Shown here piece after piece: positions 21,857-36,574 of a DNA stretch of 51,258 bases. The notes beneath the pieces are model-generated. The model did no database searches. It was not told the origin of the DNA and saw only the letters and a program-made list of their open reading frames with translations. Made by a program: the position numbers and the translations under genes. Origin of the DNA: Octopus bimaculoides (lineage: Eukaryota). Location of the stretch: contig NC_068997.1 of NCBI RefSeq assembly GCF_001194135.2, positions 33,588,505 through 33,639,762 on the forward strand. Direction: 5' to 3'. Numbering within the stretch: position 1 is the stretch's first letter; each line of letters opens with the position of its first letter.

Positions 21857-24800
21857 ACCTCTGAAGAAGCAAATGGAAGGAATTATTTCATTGTAAACAT
21901 TTTCTCCTTAATATTTACATTACAAGTTTGCTTTTGTTTACCGTATATAAGTAATCTATACATATAATATCATATAGGGTGGATCGGTGGGCAGAATGTG
22001 TAAGATTTACTGCTTTTTTGACTTTGAGGAAAAATATCCTTTTTACAAACGTTCACTACTTTACTAAAACTATATCAGCTAAGCAAGTGACCGTCTGGAA
22101 ATGGATTAAAGACACTATAACATACAGAAAACTATTTCAGAAAATTGTCACCGTTCTCTTTGTGCATATAAACGACAAATTTAGCTGGGGCAAAATGAGT
22201 AAGACAAGACTAGATAATTTTGCTTCTTCAGTTCTTCAGAATTACATTTGAAAAAAGACTCCTTAATTCTCCAGAATTACATTTGAAAAAAGACTCATAC
22301 ACATCAATATCCATCCTTTGAGCATCAGAAAGATCAGAAATGCAACACAAATTTAAAATATCTAGGTCAAATAAAAGAGGATCATGGAAAAATAGCAAAC
22401 TCGACTAAATCTAAAAACTCCACTTAAAATAATCTCTATAACCCCTTCACGATCTGCTGGAGTGGCACTCTACCTAATATATTTGCACACCGTGCAGTTA
22501 AAGAGAAGAAATAATTGAAATTAGTCATTACTCATTTTGTCCCAATTTAGACATCATTTTCAAATTAGACATTAATGTGGGAAAATATTGACTTGGAATC
22601 AGCATAGCAAAGAATATTGATTGTTAAACACCAAAAATTATCATGATATTTCATTAGCAACCTCAACTGCAATCGGGTCAAAGTTGAAGAAAAATTTCTT
22701 AAAATAAAAGTACCAGTTACCTGACTGTTTCAAACTTTCTCAACTTCAACAACAACAACTATGCTCAACAATTTTTACTCTCAAAGATTATGCAATACTT
22801 GCAATGTAATAATTTCAAGAAGGTATAGAGAAAATAACGAGAAATCAGAAACTACTTGTTTTGCCCTGGCTGCCAATTTTACATCCCATCATTCTACAGT
22901 AAACGAAAATAAAATTGTAATGTAAATATTGGAGAAAATGTATTTAGATTAATCTTGTAACAGTTTGTATACTGTTGGTTTTACTCTTGAAAAAATATTG
23001 AAAAGTGAGCAATTCTTCAAGGGATCATGGAACTGAGTCTTGTGATGGTCATTCATACTTATATAAAAGGGCATTAGTGGGTGTAAGTGAGGATACGAAC
23101 AGGGAATATATACGAATTATTTCTATTTTGTTTGAATTTCCCTGTTTTTGGTTTGTTTTTGGTAACATTATTCATTGAGTCTGCAGTTATATATATTGAG
23201 AATCTGTATTAGTAATTGTGGTGTTAACTGAAACAGTTAATTATATTTGTAAACAGTGATAATTGAAATGGATAATTGAAATATTGTACAAGTGATTTCT
23301 AACTAGGGATCAAAGCTTGATAGTTCAAATGAATGAAGAATCTTCTATATGTTTGGTTGACCTACCTGAAATAGTAGCTAAACAATCTGAGCTAAATCTC
23401 CCTTAGATAATTAATACCTTACTGAAAACTAGAAAGATATTGTAATTCTAGATATACCATGTCTGATGGAGTGGCTTCGATAAAAACACCTGATTATAGC
23501 CTTGTTTAATGAGGGCTGACTATGGATGACATTTTATATATATTGTGTTTTACGCAAGCTGCCTGGCAAAGTTAAGGATCGTTTGGGCAGTAAGAAGGTC
23601 AAGTTATGTCACTGTTGCCGAGACTTATTTATCAAGTCAAAACATTGTAAAGAAATCATATTAGTTAGGACTGTCAATCCTTGTTTTGGTTGTTGGCAAT
23701 AACGTGATGTCGTATTAACATAAATGCGAAACGTTTTGAGCCACTAACTGACAATTGAATTTTCAGTATAACTTTGATATGATTTACAATTTGCTGGTAT
23801 GTTCCAAGAGCAAAGACTTCAATGTGAGACAATAACCAACCATCTAGTTTCCTACAATCCTTAGATAAACTCTTCTAACAGGAACTCCATAAACTGGAGC
23901 ATCAGTTCTATTCCAGTATCCTATTCTTGTAAAAGGTTATTGCTAATTGGAAATCTATCTGAACAGTAGCAATTGTGATTCTATCAGAGTGGTGCTTATT
24001 TAGTAGTAGTCTGAATCAGTGGATGTCTACTGACATTGCCAACACTGACNNNNNNNNNNNNNNNNNNNNNNNNNNNNNNNNNNNNNNNNNNNNNCTTTCA
24101 CACACCCACAAATATTGTCAGACACTGTCTGTGTTGTGGTGCAGGTTTTGGTCTGCATGCTTCCTCCAAGGATGCTCTTCATTTAGTGTCTGAGGTGGCC
24201 AGTACATCCACTGTGATAAAAATTAGTGTTCAGAGTGAACCCCACCAACTTGCATACAAAAAGCATGGAATGGTGGAAAATGGTTTCATGTGCAGGCTCC
24301 CTGCTGGGTCGTTGAAGCTTGCTCACGATTATTGGCATCTTTTGTCAAAAATGAGTTTTTATTGAATTTCCTACTAAAATTAGTATCTGCTTACAAAAAG
24401 TTTGGTCAGTGTAGGCAGAATTGTTTAAGGAACACAAAACAAAAGTTGGATTTTCAAAACAATTTATTGATGCTTCACACTTATATTGTGAACAGTTTAA
24501 CTTGGCATACTGAAATTCTTAGATTTTGTTGTATACCCATACCTAGCTGTGTAAGCATCTATGATCTTCTTCCTTTGAGTCAGAACTGTGTTCCTGCACC
24601 TTCACCATGATGTCGCAGATAGAATAGTTTGTTGACCAAAAGAAGGTTGCAAAAATTTTGTACAAGTGATGTCATGTAGCCTTGCCAAACATTATTCTAG
24701 AAGTTTCTGTATTTTAAAACTTTCTCAGGGTGACATAACCTCTATTATTCAATGCACATTGTAGCCCAAACCAGTGTTTTTTGCAGCACAATAATCAAAT

Positions 24801-27800
24801 CGTTATGTAGCTACCAATAATTCTGAACAATGCTTGAAATTTTTATGGGCTGAGATTGCCATATTAAACATCCCCAGATGTCCTCCTTTGACAAAATTTA
24901 TTTATGCTTTAGTTGTTCACATTATTGTGACATAAGAACGTTTTCATAGACATCTAATTTTAGCAAGAAATTCAATAAAATCCCATTTTTAACATGAGGC
25001 GTCAATAATTATGAGCATGACTATATAGATCTGTCAGGAGCAGTTCACTGGAAATGGAGGCTTGCAGACTAATTTGATGTGTAAAGTCCTATGAAATCAT
25101 GTCTTTTTGTGGAATTCACTTCCATCTGCTCTTGTGATAGAAACAAACAAAAATCAATATCTTGAGATGAAGTTGAGATTTTCAACTGTAGAGATCTTAA
25201 TTATGTGATTCCTAGCACATTCACATTTGTAACATTCTAAATAGTTGCATTTTAAATAATCACTTCTCTCCAGTCAAATTATAGTTGCTTCTATTCAGAC
25301 AGGTGTCCAGTTTGCAATAATGCTATTTATGAGGAGCACGTAAAAAACACCCACTACACTCTTGAAGTGGTTAGCATTAGGAAGGGCATCCAGCTGTAGA
25401 AACATTGCCAGATCGGATTGGAGCCCGGTGCAGCCTTCTGGCTCGCCAGCCCTCGACAATGATGATGATGAATCATGGAATATAACATCCTTCAATTTAT
25501 GAACATCTTATAAGGAATTTGTAGGATACTAGATGGCTGATTCTTTTCTGATATTTGAATCTTTGCTCTTGAAATATACTTGAACATTGAAATATACCTG
25601 AACAACATATAATAGAATGTGTACAATTGCAGTAGAAGAATCTTTAAAAAATTACATTATGCATAGAAGTGGCTTAAGATATAGTGAAGCACTTATGCAG
25701 CAACATGTAAAAGTACCTGTGCAGTGTTACATAAAAACGCCTGTGCAGTGTTACATAAAAGTGCCCATGTGGTGCCATGTAAAAGCATCAAGCACACTCT
25801 GTAAAGTGGTTGGCATTAGAAAGGGCATTCAGCTATAGAAACCATACCAAAACAACTTGCCAGCTCTGGTCAAACCGTCCAACCCAGCTCAGCATGGAAA
25901 ACAGACATTAAATGATGATGATGACGATGATGATGATAACGAAACAGAATTCTATAGATTATTTTATAAATCGTAATAATCACAATCAGTGAGAGCTGTT
26001 TTTCAAGAAAACATGAAAGATACAGGAACAATTAAAAATGTTTCCAAGATAACTCCCTGGAACAAGTATCAAACTGACAGTCTATAGTGGAGGTCATATT
26101 CCAGTCTCAAGAGTTGTGAGTAGCACACTTGTTGGCTTTATCATGAGATAGAAATTCTGTGGGGTCATAAGTTTAGTAATTATGGTGTTAGTCAGAAATA
26201 CCACAGACAAAATTCATCAGATCTCTCTGATTGTAGTCAGATTGGTAGATATGTGACAGCAAATATGAGTTGAACAGAAAAGCCGATGATGCAGCATGTC
26301 TTTTGGCTGCCCCACTTGGTAGCCAAATTGGTTGTCCCTTTCTTTAAATGTAGCATACCTTCAACTACAGTAAGTACACATATATAACGTGGCCACCCTG
26401 TATAATCTGCATACTCCACGCAACCCATGCTGTACCACTGAAGAAAGTATATATTGTAGACACATTTTTCAACTACCTAGATTTAGTTCAAATTAAACTT
26501 AGTGTTTTTTCATGAGTTATATTTGTATTAAAACCATGTATGCTATTGCTAGGTGTGTCAGGCCTCAAGAAATTTGTTTAAAAAAATATGAATGAATGTG
26601 AACTCGAGCATTAAAGTAGTTGCTCAGTTGAACTGGTTAATTGAAAAAGTGAACCAAAGTATATAATGTATCCCAAGATAGTATATTGAAACTGAAAGGT
26701 ACACATATCTAGGCTTGTTCATCCACAGAACAACTGATATGGACTTTAGAATAAATATCTCAAGGTGAAATGCTAGTGGGGTGAGAAATAGTTAAGGGAT
26801 GGCCTATATTGTTACTTAGTGTCTGAGAGACTAATCAAGTGACAGTTTCAATTATCAGCTATGAGGTGATCTTGTCTGGGTGAGATAATGTGAGCATTCA
26901 AGGATATGACTCATAAAAATAACCAAGAAGAGTGATTATATATGAAGGTTTTGATGAAAGTTATGTTATTTCCATTATGGAAAATTATGGAGTAGAAACT
27001 AATAATATAAAATACAGATGTGGACAGGATTTAAAAAAAAAAAGGAACAAAGTAACAAAACTTATAAGTTAATTAAATCATGCTGATATGTACAGAGTGG
27101 AGCCTATACATGTGCATGACTTTTGATGCTTGAAAGGTTGTTTAATCCCAGGTCAACCCTGAATGGGTAAACCTATGATCAGAGATGTTCTGGTTGTGGT
27201 TGTTCTGTCCTTTTGTATATCAGGAACTACATTCTCCAAAGCATCCTTTGTTTTTTAAGAGATGGTTAGTGTGATTTGAGGTTGGGAGAGGTTGGTTGTT
27301 ACTTCCTACAGGTCAGGCAACCCTGTAAAGTTTTGTGATTGGGAATTTTGTAACCTTGGCAGGACTAGTATTGCTCATATTGATATCTAGTCTGTAAGCT
27401 AGTGACATTCTTTCTTTACTTTGACCAGTGAAGAAATATATGATGTTTGTATGTTTCTTATTGTCTTCTTTATCTTTAAATTACATCAGCATGTCTTACA
27501 TGATGACTTTAACTGAAGTCTTTTGTGTGTGTGTGCAATGGTGATTATTGTGAGTATTTGATGTGTACCATCTTAATTTAATGGTAATCTCTCGATTGGA
27601 GGAAAAGAGTTCTGCAATTTCTTACTGATCGACTTGCATAGATGATTTGTTTATCGTGATCAAATGTTTGTGCTGCACATAAGCTGACTCCTTCAATCAA
27701 ATCGACACTGTCTGTACAAGTGTACAGTATGCTGCATGTCAGACGTTGAAGTGATTGCAGAGCAACAAGATATGAGATATTTTCCTCAAGAACATAGTGC

Positions 27801-28499
27801 ACTGCCTGGTCCAGGAACTGAAACCATGATATCCTGAGTACAACACCCTTACTACTAGGCAATGCGCCCTCATGCAACAAACACTCTGATGTCAAACTGG
27901 TTGGCTGTCACTGCTGGCACAACTCATCAATGGACTGCATTGATGCCACTGGGAATGGCAGCCGGCACAGGGCAAGATGTATTACATAAAGTGTTATGTT
28001 GTATGGTTGGAGTTAGTGCAGTGGTGTAGCAAGGATTTTGGTTGCCCTCTTCCTTAAGCATAGCATACCTTCAACTATTATGAACACATGCATGTAAAGT
28101 GGGTGCCCTGAGTGGTTCACTCCCCACTCACCTAATGCTACATTACTGAGTTAGTATGCACCCATGATTGTTACTGTCTGCCCTGGTTGAGCAGACCTCT
28201 GGTTAAAGGCAGTCTATTATTGATCATTCCATTTTTGTTTTCAGATATAGTATTTCTAGAACTTCATTATTTGATGCCTCATTCTTCCTTCTTTTTAGAA
28301 GGAAGAAAGAGGCCACATAGAAGCTCTCACACTGATGTCATGTTAAAGCACAATACTTGCATATCATCATAAGAGGTAGCTAAAAGAATTGGTGACAGGA
28401 AAGGCATCTTGCTTAAATGAGGAATCATGATACTGCCATAGGGCCTGTAAGGCTAATCCTGGCTTTAGCAGAGAATGGCCTTAAAAATGAGGGTTATAT

Positions 28500-28740
28500 T
28501 CTTTTACTTGTTTCAGTCATTTGACTGTGGCCATGCTTTGAAGGGTTTTAGTCAAATAAATCGACCCCAGGACTTATTTTTTAAAGCCTAGTACTTACTC
28601 TATCAGTCCCTTTTGCTGAATTGCTAAGTTATGGGGATGTAAACACATTAATACCGGTTGTCAAGGGGTGATGGGGGGACAAGCACACACAAAGACTCAC
28701 ACACGTAATCACACACACACGTAATCACACACACACACAA
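28500..28740 (-). mobile_element. tRNA-derived SINE family A, 3' part
   Basis: CTTTTACTTGTTTCAGTCATTTGACTG... body. Confidence 0.8.
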
Positions 28741-28969
28741 GCAAATGATCATTGTAAGATTTAATTCATTAAATTGAGTTCAATGAGTTCAATAAATGTT
28801 TTCAAATAAAATGAAATGAAGCAGATTTTGTTGTGAATGATGGATTATTAATTTATTCAATTATCCCAGAGCTGTTTCTTTCAAAAAGACCATGATATCA
28901 TCAATGAAATAATGCATAGTATTATCATATAATGTCTTTTTGTACTCATCAGTGGATTGTAATTAAAAC

Positions 28970-30413
28970 ACTAAGATGTTTTAAATTTATTACTTTGAGT
29001 TTTTTCTTTGTTATCATTATATTAATAATTACTTCGTTATACTCACGAAATACAATCCAAGACTGAGACTTAAAAGCCTTTCATATTTTTAATTTGTCTG
29101 ATTACGCTTAGAATCAATAAAAATATATTAATATACATTTACATAAGTGTTGTAAATATATTGTTTATATTTTAAAATAAATATATCAAGCTACAAATTT
29201 TAAGATCATCATCATCATCATCATCGTTTGATATCCATTTTCCATGCTGGCATGTGTTGGGTGGTTCGACTGGGGTCTGGAAAGCCAGGAGGCTGCACCA
29301 GACTCCAGTCTGATCTGGCAGTGTTTCTACAGCTGGATGCCCTTCCTAATGCCAATGACTCTGAGAGTGTAGTGGGTGCTTTTTACGCGCCACCGGCATG
29401 GGCCAGAGGTGGCTGGCATCGACCACGATCGGATGGTGCTTTTTACGTGCCACTGACACAGAAGCCAGTCGGGTTGAGGGGGCTGGCATCGACCACATTT
29501 GGATGGTGCCTTTTACATGCCACGGGCACGGGGACAACTACAATTTCCATTTGATTGTGATTTGATGTTGATGTACTTGACTGAATAGGTCTCCTCAAGC
29601 ATGGCATGTTGCCCTGCGATCTAAGGGTACTTTTCATTTAACTGGTTATGTGACACTGGTGTAGGTTACAGCTGTGATCTCACTTTATTTGCCGGATCTT
29701 CTCAGTCTCAGCATATCTCCAGAGGTCTCTGTCTTTTGTCATTTCCTCCGTTCTAAGGTCATGCTTTACCATCTTATCCCATGTCATCCTGGGTCTCCCT
29801 CTACCCTGGATTCCTTCCACTGTTTGGGAGTGGCACTCCTTCACACAGCTCTCCTCATCCATCCATAGTCCATGACCATACCAATGCAAACGTCTCTCTT
29901 GCACGCCACATCCAATGCTTCTTCTGTCCAACATTTCTCTCAGAGCACTTACACTGTGTCGTGTGTGCACACTGACATTACACATCCAGCGGATCATGAT
30001 AGTTACTGTAATTTAATAATAGTATTGTGAATCATTTGTTACTTGTAAAGAACTGAAAGAAACTGTAGATTGATTTTATTTTGTTGTTTCTAACTAAAAA
30101 ATGAGTTAAAAATGTATATGTATTATGATAGATGACAATTAGAAAATTTAAATGTGACTTTGAAATAATAAGAAGCTCCTTATTTGGTGTTTCTAGATGT
30201 ACATATGCATGTCTTTTTTGACCAGTAAGTTAGGGATCAACGAGGGAGGTATTTATTTGGATATGGTAGGGAGTAAATCAATCAGACAAATTAGAAATAT
30301 GAAAGGCTTTTAAGTCTCAGTCTTGAATTGTATTTTGTGAGTGTAATGAAGTAAACATTAATATAATGATAACAAAGAAAAAACTCAAGGTAATAAATTT
30401 AAAACATCTTAGT
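28970..30413. repeat. Inverted repeat pair of about 134 bp (28970-29103 and 30280-30413) in AGPS intron 1
   Basis: ACTAAGATGTTTTAAATTTATTAC...GACTGAGACTTAAAAGCCTTTCATATTT versus its reverse complement AAATATGAAAGGCTTTTAAGTCTCAGTC...AAAACATCTTAGT. Confidence 0.9.
29205..29995 (-). mobile_element. RTE LINE 3' end (ORF C-terminus, 3'UTR, (GAT)n tail)
   Basis: ORF 29680..29997 has ERRLHWYGHGLWM...GRGRPRMTWDKMVKHDL; (CAT)n tail at about 29205-29225. Confidence 0.88.
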
Positions 30414-30841
30414 CTTTTATTCTTTTAATTCTTTTATTCTTTTATTCTTTTATTCTTTTATTCTTTTATTCTTTTATTCTTTTAATTGTTTCAGTCATTT
30501 GACTGTAGCCATGCTGGAGCACTGCCATTAGTTGAGCAAATCAACTCCAGGACTTATTCTTTGTAAGCCGAGTACTTATTCTATCGGTATATTTTGCCAA
30601 ACCACTAAGTTACAGGGATGTAAACAAGCGATGTTGGTGGGAACAAACACAGATACACAAACATATACANNNNNNNNNNNNNNNNNNNNNNNNNNNNNNN
30701 NNNNNNNNNNNNNNNNNNNNNNNNNNNNNNNNNNNNNNNNNNNNNNNNNNNNNNNNNNNNNNNNNNNNNNNNNNNNNNNNNNNNNNNNNNNNNNNNNNNN
30801 NNNNNNNNNNNNNNNNNNNNNNNNNNNNNNNNNNNNNNNNN

Positions 30842-30872
<31 letters not shown>

Positions 30873-31260
30873 TCATCATCATCATCGCTTAACGTCCGTT
30901 TTCCATGCTGGCATGGGTTGGATGGTTTGACTGAGGACTGGCAAACAGGAGGCTGCACCAGGCTCCAATCTGATCTGGTAAGGTTTCTACAGCTGGATGC
31001 CCTTCCTCATGCCCTCTACTCCAAGAGTGTAGTGGGTGCTTTTTACATGCCACCGGCATGGGAGCCAGTCAGGTTGCACTGGCATCAACCACGTTCAGTG
31101 GGCTTCTTTCAGTTTCTGTCTACCAAATTGACTCACAAAGCTTTGGTTAGCCTGAGGCTATTGGAGAAGTCACTTGGCCAAGGTGCCATGCTGTGGGACT
31201 GAACCAGGAACCATGTGGTTAGGAAGCAAACTTCTTACCACACAGCCATGCCTGCGTCTA
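30413..31260 (-). mobile_element. tRNA-derived SINE family A with (AATAAAAG)n tail and a nested RTE tail (30870-31095)
   Basis: (CTTTTATT) x about 9 at 30413-30485; head at about 31150-31258; RTE tail with (CAT)n inside the TA tract. Confidence 0.8.
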
Positions 31261-31328
31261 TATGAGCAAATATTAGATATTTTATTTCTTTATGTATCTT
31301 TGTATTCCTTTCCTAATTCATTTTGTAG

Positions 31329-31652
<324 letters not shown>

Positions 31653-32704
31653 TAAGAAAATGATATACCTAAAAAGGTATCTGTGTAAATTGCTAAATTT
31701 ATTAAACTATTTAACCCTTTAGCATGTGGATTACTCTGTCAAATGTAATACTTATTAATTTACATTGTCTTGAATTAATCCTGTATTATATTACAGCTTC
31801 AATATTTCGATGATGTGATTGTTTATCTTTAGAATGATATTGTGGGGTAGGTGTAAGAGGCTAGATCTGGCTAGTTTGAACATAAAACAAGTAGAATATT
31901 TTGGCTGGATATGGCTGGTTTAAAATAAAATTATGTGTGTATGTGTATATGTGTGTGCATTCATGTATTCTTTGTAATATTGCTTAAATATCACCATGAT
32001 ATTTTTCCTGTTCTTGTCCGATACTTGATTCATGGTTCTTGCGATTGAACTCGTATTGTATTGTGCTATATTCTGGTGCAAGATACGAACTCTGTTTACT
32101 TCTGTTCAGATTATTAGAGTAAATAGTTGATCAACATCTGTAAGACTCTGTTCTTCCTCTTCATCAACTCTTAACTTCCATTTCTCCTTTTCAAGGAATT
32201 ATTGATTAAGTTGTTAGAGTTCTGGTCTACCAACTGAAGGAGCAGTTATTCATATCTTGTTACTGTTGCTACAATAATCAATCGATCAACCTTTGACAAA
32301 GTTGAATAACCAATTCCAACCAGTTAGGATTCATGGTTTGGGTTGTGTTATTCACCCTTTCAATTGCTGAATACAAAATGTGGGTCGTGAAAACTCCATT
32401 TGAGTGATTTTCCTAAGTCACCATCTCACCCTTGTATGACGATCTGTCATCAGGGTATGGTACCCATTTACTGCTGAGCAAACTGGAGCAACATGAAGTG
32501 TTGTTCAAGAACAAAACACATAGCTGGACTGGGAATCAAAGCCACATTCTCGTGATCATGAGTGCAACACCCTAACCACTAGGCCATGTAACTTCACTAC
32601 ACCCTGTCCTTTAGGCTACACACCTCACTGTTGCTACAGGGCATTTATGACAAATAAACTGGACTTTCAATGGCTAGACCAGATTTTTAATGGCCAGATC
32701 TAGT

Positions 32705-33067
32705 TGTAATAGGTGTAATGAAAAGGCATAGTTTACGTAATAAATGTTTAGTAGAAAGTGGGTTATACATCTTTAGATTGTATACCTGACTTTCTACTAT
32801 AAAATTAAAGAAATAGACGGAACGCTGAACTCCAGACTAAACAACTCAAACAACATTTATTTAGGTGATAAACATACAAATCTTTTAGTTATACATCTTT
32901 AGAGGTGAGAATAACGAGCTGTCGAGTATAAGACCGAAAGATGTAGAGACAGCTTTAAACACACGTCCCTGCTCAATCGCTGGCCAGCGTGAAAGAGAAT
33001 GAATTGAGCGGGAAACGCTTGCTTGTTTAATTCTACGCATGCGTAAGACTGCGCAGGCATTACTACA
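32705..33067 (-). mobile_element. Solo-LTR-like element, CpG-rich
   Basis: TGTAATA...TACTACA termini, minus-strand AATAAA near 32857, many retained CpGs. No TSD found. Confidence 0.4.
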
Positions 33068-33559
33068 AATGTTTTCACTTTGTAATTCTGAGCTTAAATT
33101 GTGCTACAGATGAGGAAAGGGATATTACCACTTGTAGAATATAATAGAGGAATTCAAGACTGGCTGCCCTTGGGAGTTCCTCTACACCGATGACTTTGCA
33201 ATGTTATTATCATTTTGAATATGCCAGTGGTACATTTGAACTTGCAAACAAGCCATTCACTGTATTTTGTCAGGGAGAAAATTTCTCGCTGTAGACAAAT
33301 GGTGTAAATACACCTATACCAGCTTGTAGCAGCATTGTCCAGTTTCTGTGATGGAGAGGAGATAACCACTCTGAAATGTTTGCATCTTACGGTTTGGATG
33401 GGTGGCACTGCAAGCTGATTTATGTGTATTTACACCATTTGTCTACAGGGAAACATTTTCTGTGACAAAACACAGTGAATGGCTTGTTTACAAGTTTGAA
33501 TGTGCTACTAGCATATTCGAACTGGTAATAACATTGCATTTATACACATCACTGCTTAG

Positions 33560-34470
33560 TGCTCCCTTAACTGATGACTTTGTTCTTATAGCTGAATCCC
33601 TATCAGAACTAGAGAAGAAATTTCAGGTGTGTAAGCAAGGTCTGGAATCAAAGGGCCTTAGAATTAATTTAGCAAAGACCAAAATCCTAGTAAGTTGGAA
33701 AACATCAAATCACTAATCCCTTCAGGGAGATGGCCCTTCTTGATATATTGAAAGGGCATTGGTAGAAATTCCATATAGTGTACTCAGTGCAAACTAGGGA
33801 AGCATAAGAGGTGCAGCGGTGCTAGAAGAAGGTTAACAGAGAAAGTAGTCTTTGAATGTGGCAGATGTGCCAGTACAATAAACACTAGGAATGTACAGGA
33901 AATAAACTTCCTCAAATGTCTGGGGGAATCTTTCAAAGTAGTAGATAACTTCTGTTACCTAGGTGACCAAGTTAGCAGTGAAAGTGGATGCTTTGAAAGT
34001 GTAGTTGTTAGAATAAGAACAGGCCAGGCAAAGTTCAGAGAGCTACTAACTTTTGTTGGTAACAAAGGGCCTCTTGCTCACACCTGTGTTTGAACAGCTG
34101 TGTTATATGGCAGTGACACATGGGCTGCAACTAGAGAAGCCAAGTGTAGGCTTGAAAGAAATGAAGTCAGCTGCTCAACTGGGTGGGTAATGTCAGTGTG
34201 CATGTATGACAGAGTGTAATTATTTTAAGAGAAAAATTGGGTATAAGGGACATCAGATGTAGTGTGTAAGAGAGAAGACTGTGCTAGTATGGTCATGTGA
34301 TGTGTATGGATGAGGACAACTGCATAAAGAAGTGCCAATCTCTAATTGTGGAAGGAACCTGTGGAAGGGATAGACACAGGATGACATGAGATGGAGTGGT
34401 GAGAAATAATCTTCAGATGGTGACAAGGGACTGAGACTTCTGGAAATTTGCTGTGCTTGAGAAGACATGT
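33560..34470 (+). mobile_element. RTE LINE RT fragment containing a PHD-like Cys/His finger
   Basis: DDFVLIAESLSELEKKFQ...GLRINLAKTK, then CTQC..KHKRC...CGRC, then VVDNFCYLGDQVSS. Stops present. Confidence 0.88.
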
Positions 34471-36483
34471 TAAAATATGTAGAATCATGGTCCTCCATAC
34501 ATACAGGCATGTCCTTTGCAGCCATGCCCCCTCTCACATGCACATGCACACACATAATCTGTTCTCTGTCAAATCTACGCCATAACCCGTCTTCCCAGCA
34601 CCCTTTCATCCCACTACCAATGATTGCCACCCACTGCAGGCTCCTCCCTCCACTCTCCCTCACATGCCAATCCACACACTTTCCATGCCCTCACATATCT
34701 ACCACACCTCACTCCCTTTTCTCTCACCATCACTTGCTACAGCCATGTCCTCCCCATTGCTAAACGTATCCCCTCATACCCTTATAGAACATCCTCTTCT
34801 GTCCTTTCTGTACTTCTAATACTCCCCCATTATTCCCTATAGATAGTTCCCAATACATCTCCAACGCCATCTACTTTTCTCTCTTGTTCTGACTGTCTCT
34901 CTCTCTATCCTTCTCTCTAACTTTAACCTTTCCTCTCTTTCCTTGTCCTGTTGGGGTATCCAAGAATCTCCTTTATAGTAAGACAACTATCTCTGTCTCT
35001 CCATTATACTCTAACCTTTCACCTGGCCACTGCCCTTAATTCCACTCCCTCTCTCGGCTGACTATAACGGTATTAGATTAATGGACCAATCAAGGAGAAA
35101 ATTTGGTTTACATGAGATGCAATTTAAGAACTAATGATACCCTGAGGCCGTAGCAGAGGAGTCTAAGACTAGTTGTACATGGAAACTCCTGCTTCAGGTA
35201 AAGAATTAGAAGGAAAATTACACGTCAAAGCAGTATTTAGAATCAAGAGGTATAAATGGCAATTTAGTTAAGATAAAAGTCGGAAACTAAACAGAACACC
35301 ACTTCCATCTGGGAAATGGCTATGTTGAATATGCAGAAAGAGAGTAGGTTGGAACTTTATCTTTGACAGACAGAAAAGATGGAATTCACATTTAATAAAA
35401 TTACAAGTATAAATAACAGTAAGAGCTCCTAACAAATGATGTCTTTCAAATACTTAGAAGTTGGTAGTTTCTGTTACTGTCATGACATATTAAGCAGAGG
35501 AGGTGGGTGTTGTGAAATCATAGTAACCATAGATAGGAGAAGGTAGAAAAAGTTCGGGGAACTGTTAATTCTGTTGACAACAAATGATTTTCCTTAGTAA
35601 GCAAGTGAGAATATGGCTATGTGGTGTGTACAAAAAGCAATAGTTGGATGCAAAAGTGTCATATGATGTTAAGTGGAAAGAGCGTGTGGAAGAGGAGAAA
35701 ACTGAAAATGTGGGAAGAAGTGGTGAAGTATGATCTTAGGATGCTGGGCCTGTCAATGAAGATATCGAAGGGTTTGTAACTAGTGTTGAGACACTATGCT
35801 AAAATAGATCCGTGAAACAGATGCCAGCATGGAAAAGCTGGCATGAAAATGATGATATTTAAGCCATGCTGTGGAATAGTTTCTAGGCTATAGGGCCTGA
35901 TAATGAGAAAATAATGGTAGAGACCTGAGGCAGTATGTTGCCTGCACATATAATTTTCTATGTTGTCCTTAAAATTATATGAATACTACAATAACATTCA
36001 AAAAATATTTTTGTTTTCCATGTGCTATATTCATATTGCTTATGATAATTAAATGGCTGAGGACTATTGTTTAGATGTACCTACAATATTCTTGTTAATT
36101 AACTTGCTTTGTCAAGGCACCTACCTGGCAGAATCATTAACATGCTGGGTGAAATGCTTATCTGCATTTCATCCAGCTTTATATTCTGAGTTCAAATTCC
36201 ACCAGGGTCAACCTTTGCCTTTCATTCTTTTGGGATTAATAAAATAAGTACCAGTTGAGCACTAGGGTTCAATGTTGTTGACTTATCCTGTCCCCTGAAA
36301 TTGCTGGTCTTGTGCTAGAATTTGAAACCAATTTACTTGCTTTGTCTTTATAAAAAAGAAAAAAACAGACTAAAAGAATTAAAAGAAACAATATGTTCTT
36401 CAACGTTTTTCTCTTGTAATTCAATATTTTCTATATAAATTTGACATATATTGTTAATGAGCACACTGCATATTTGTTTCCAG

Positions 36484-36574
36484 CTACCGACTCAGTAAAA
36501 AAGTGTTGCCATATCTAAAAGATTTTATGATGAAGACATGTGGTATCAGTTTAGAGCATAAGATTGCAGCTCAG
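36484..36574 (+). CDS. AGPS: AGPS coding exon 3 (YRLSKKVLPYLKDFMMKTCGISLEHKIAAQ), 91 nt
   Basis: Acceptor TTTGTTTCCAG|, donor CAG|GTAAGG. Phase 2 in and phase 0 out, which joins exons 2 and 4 in frame. Aligns by eye with human [26 protein letters not shown]. Not in the ORF track. Confidence 0.92.
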
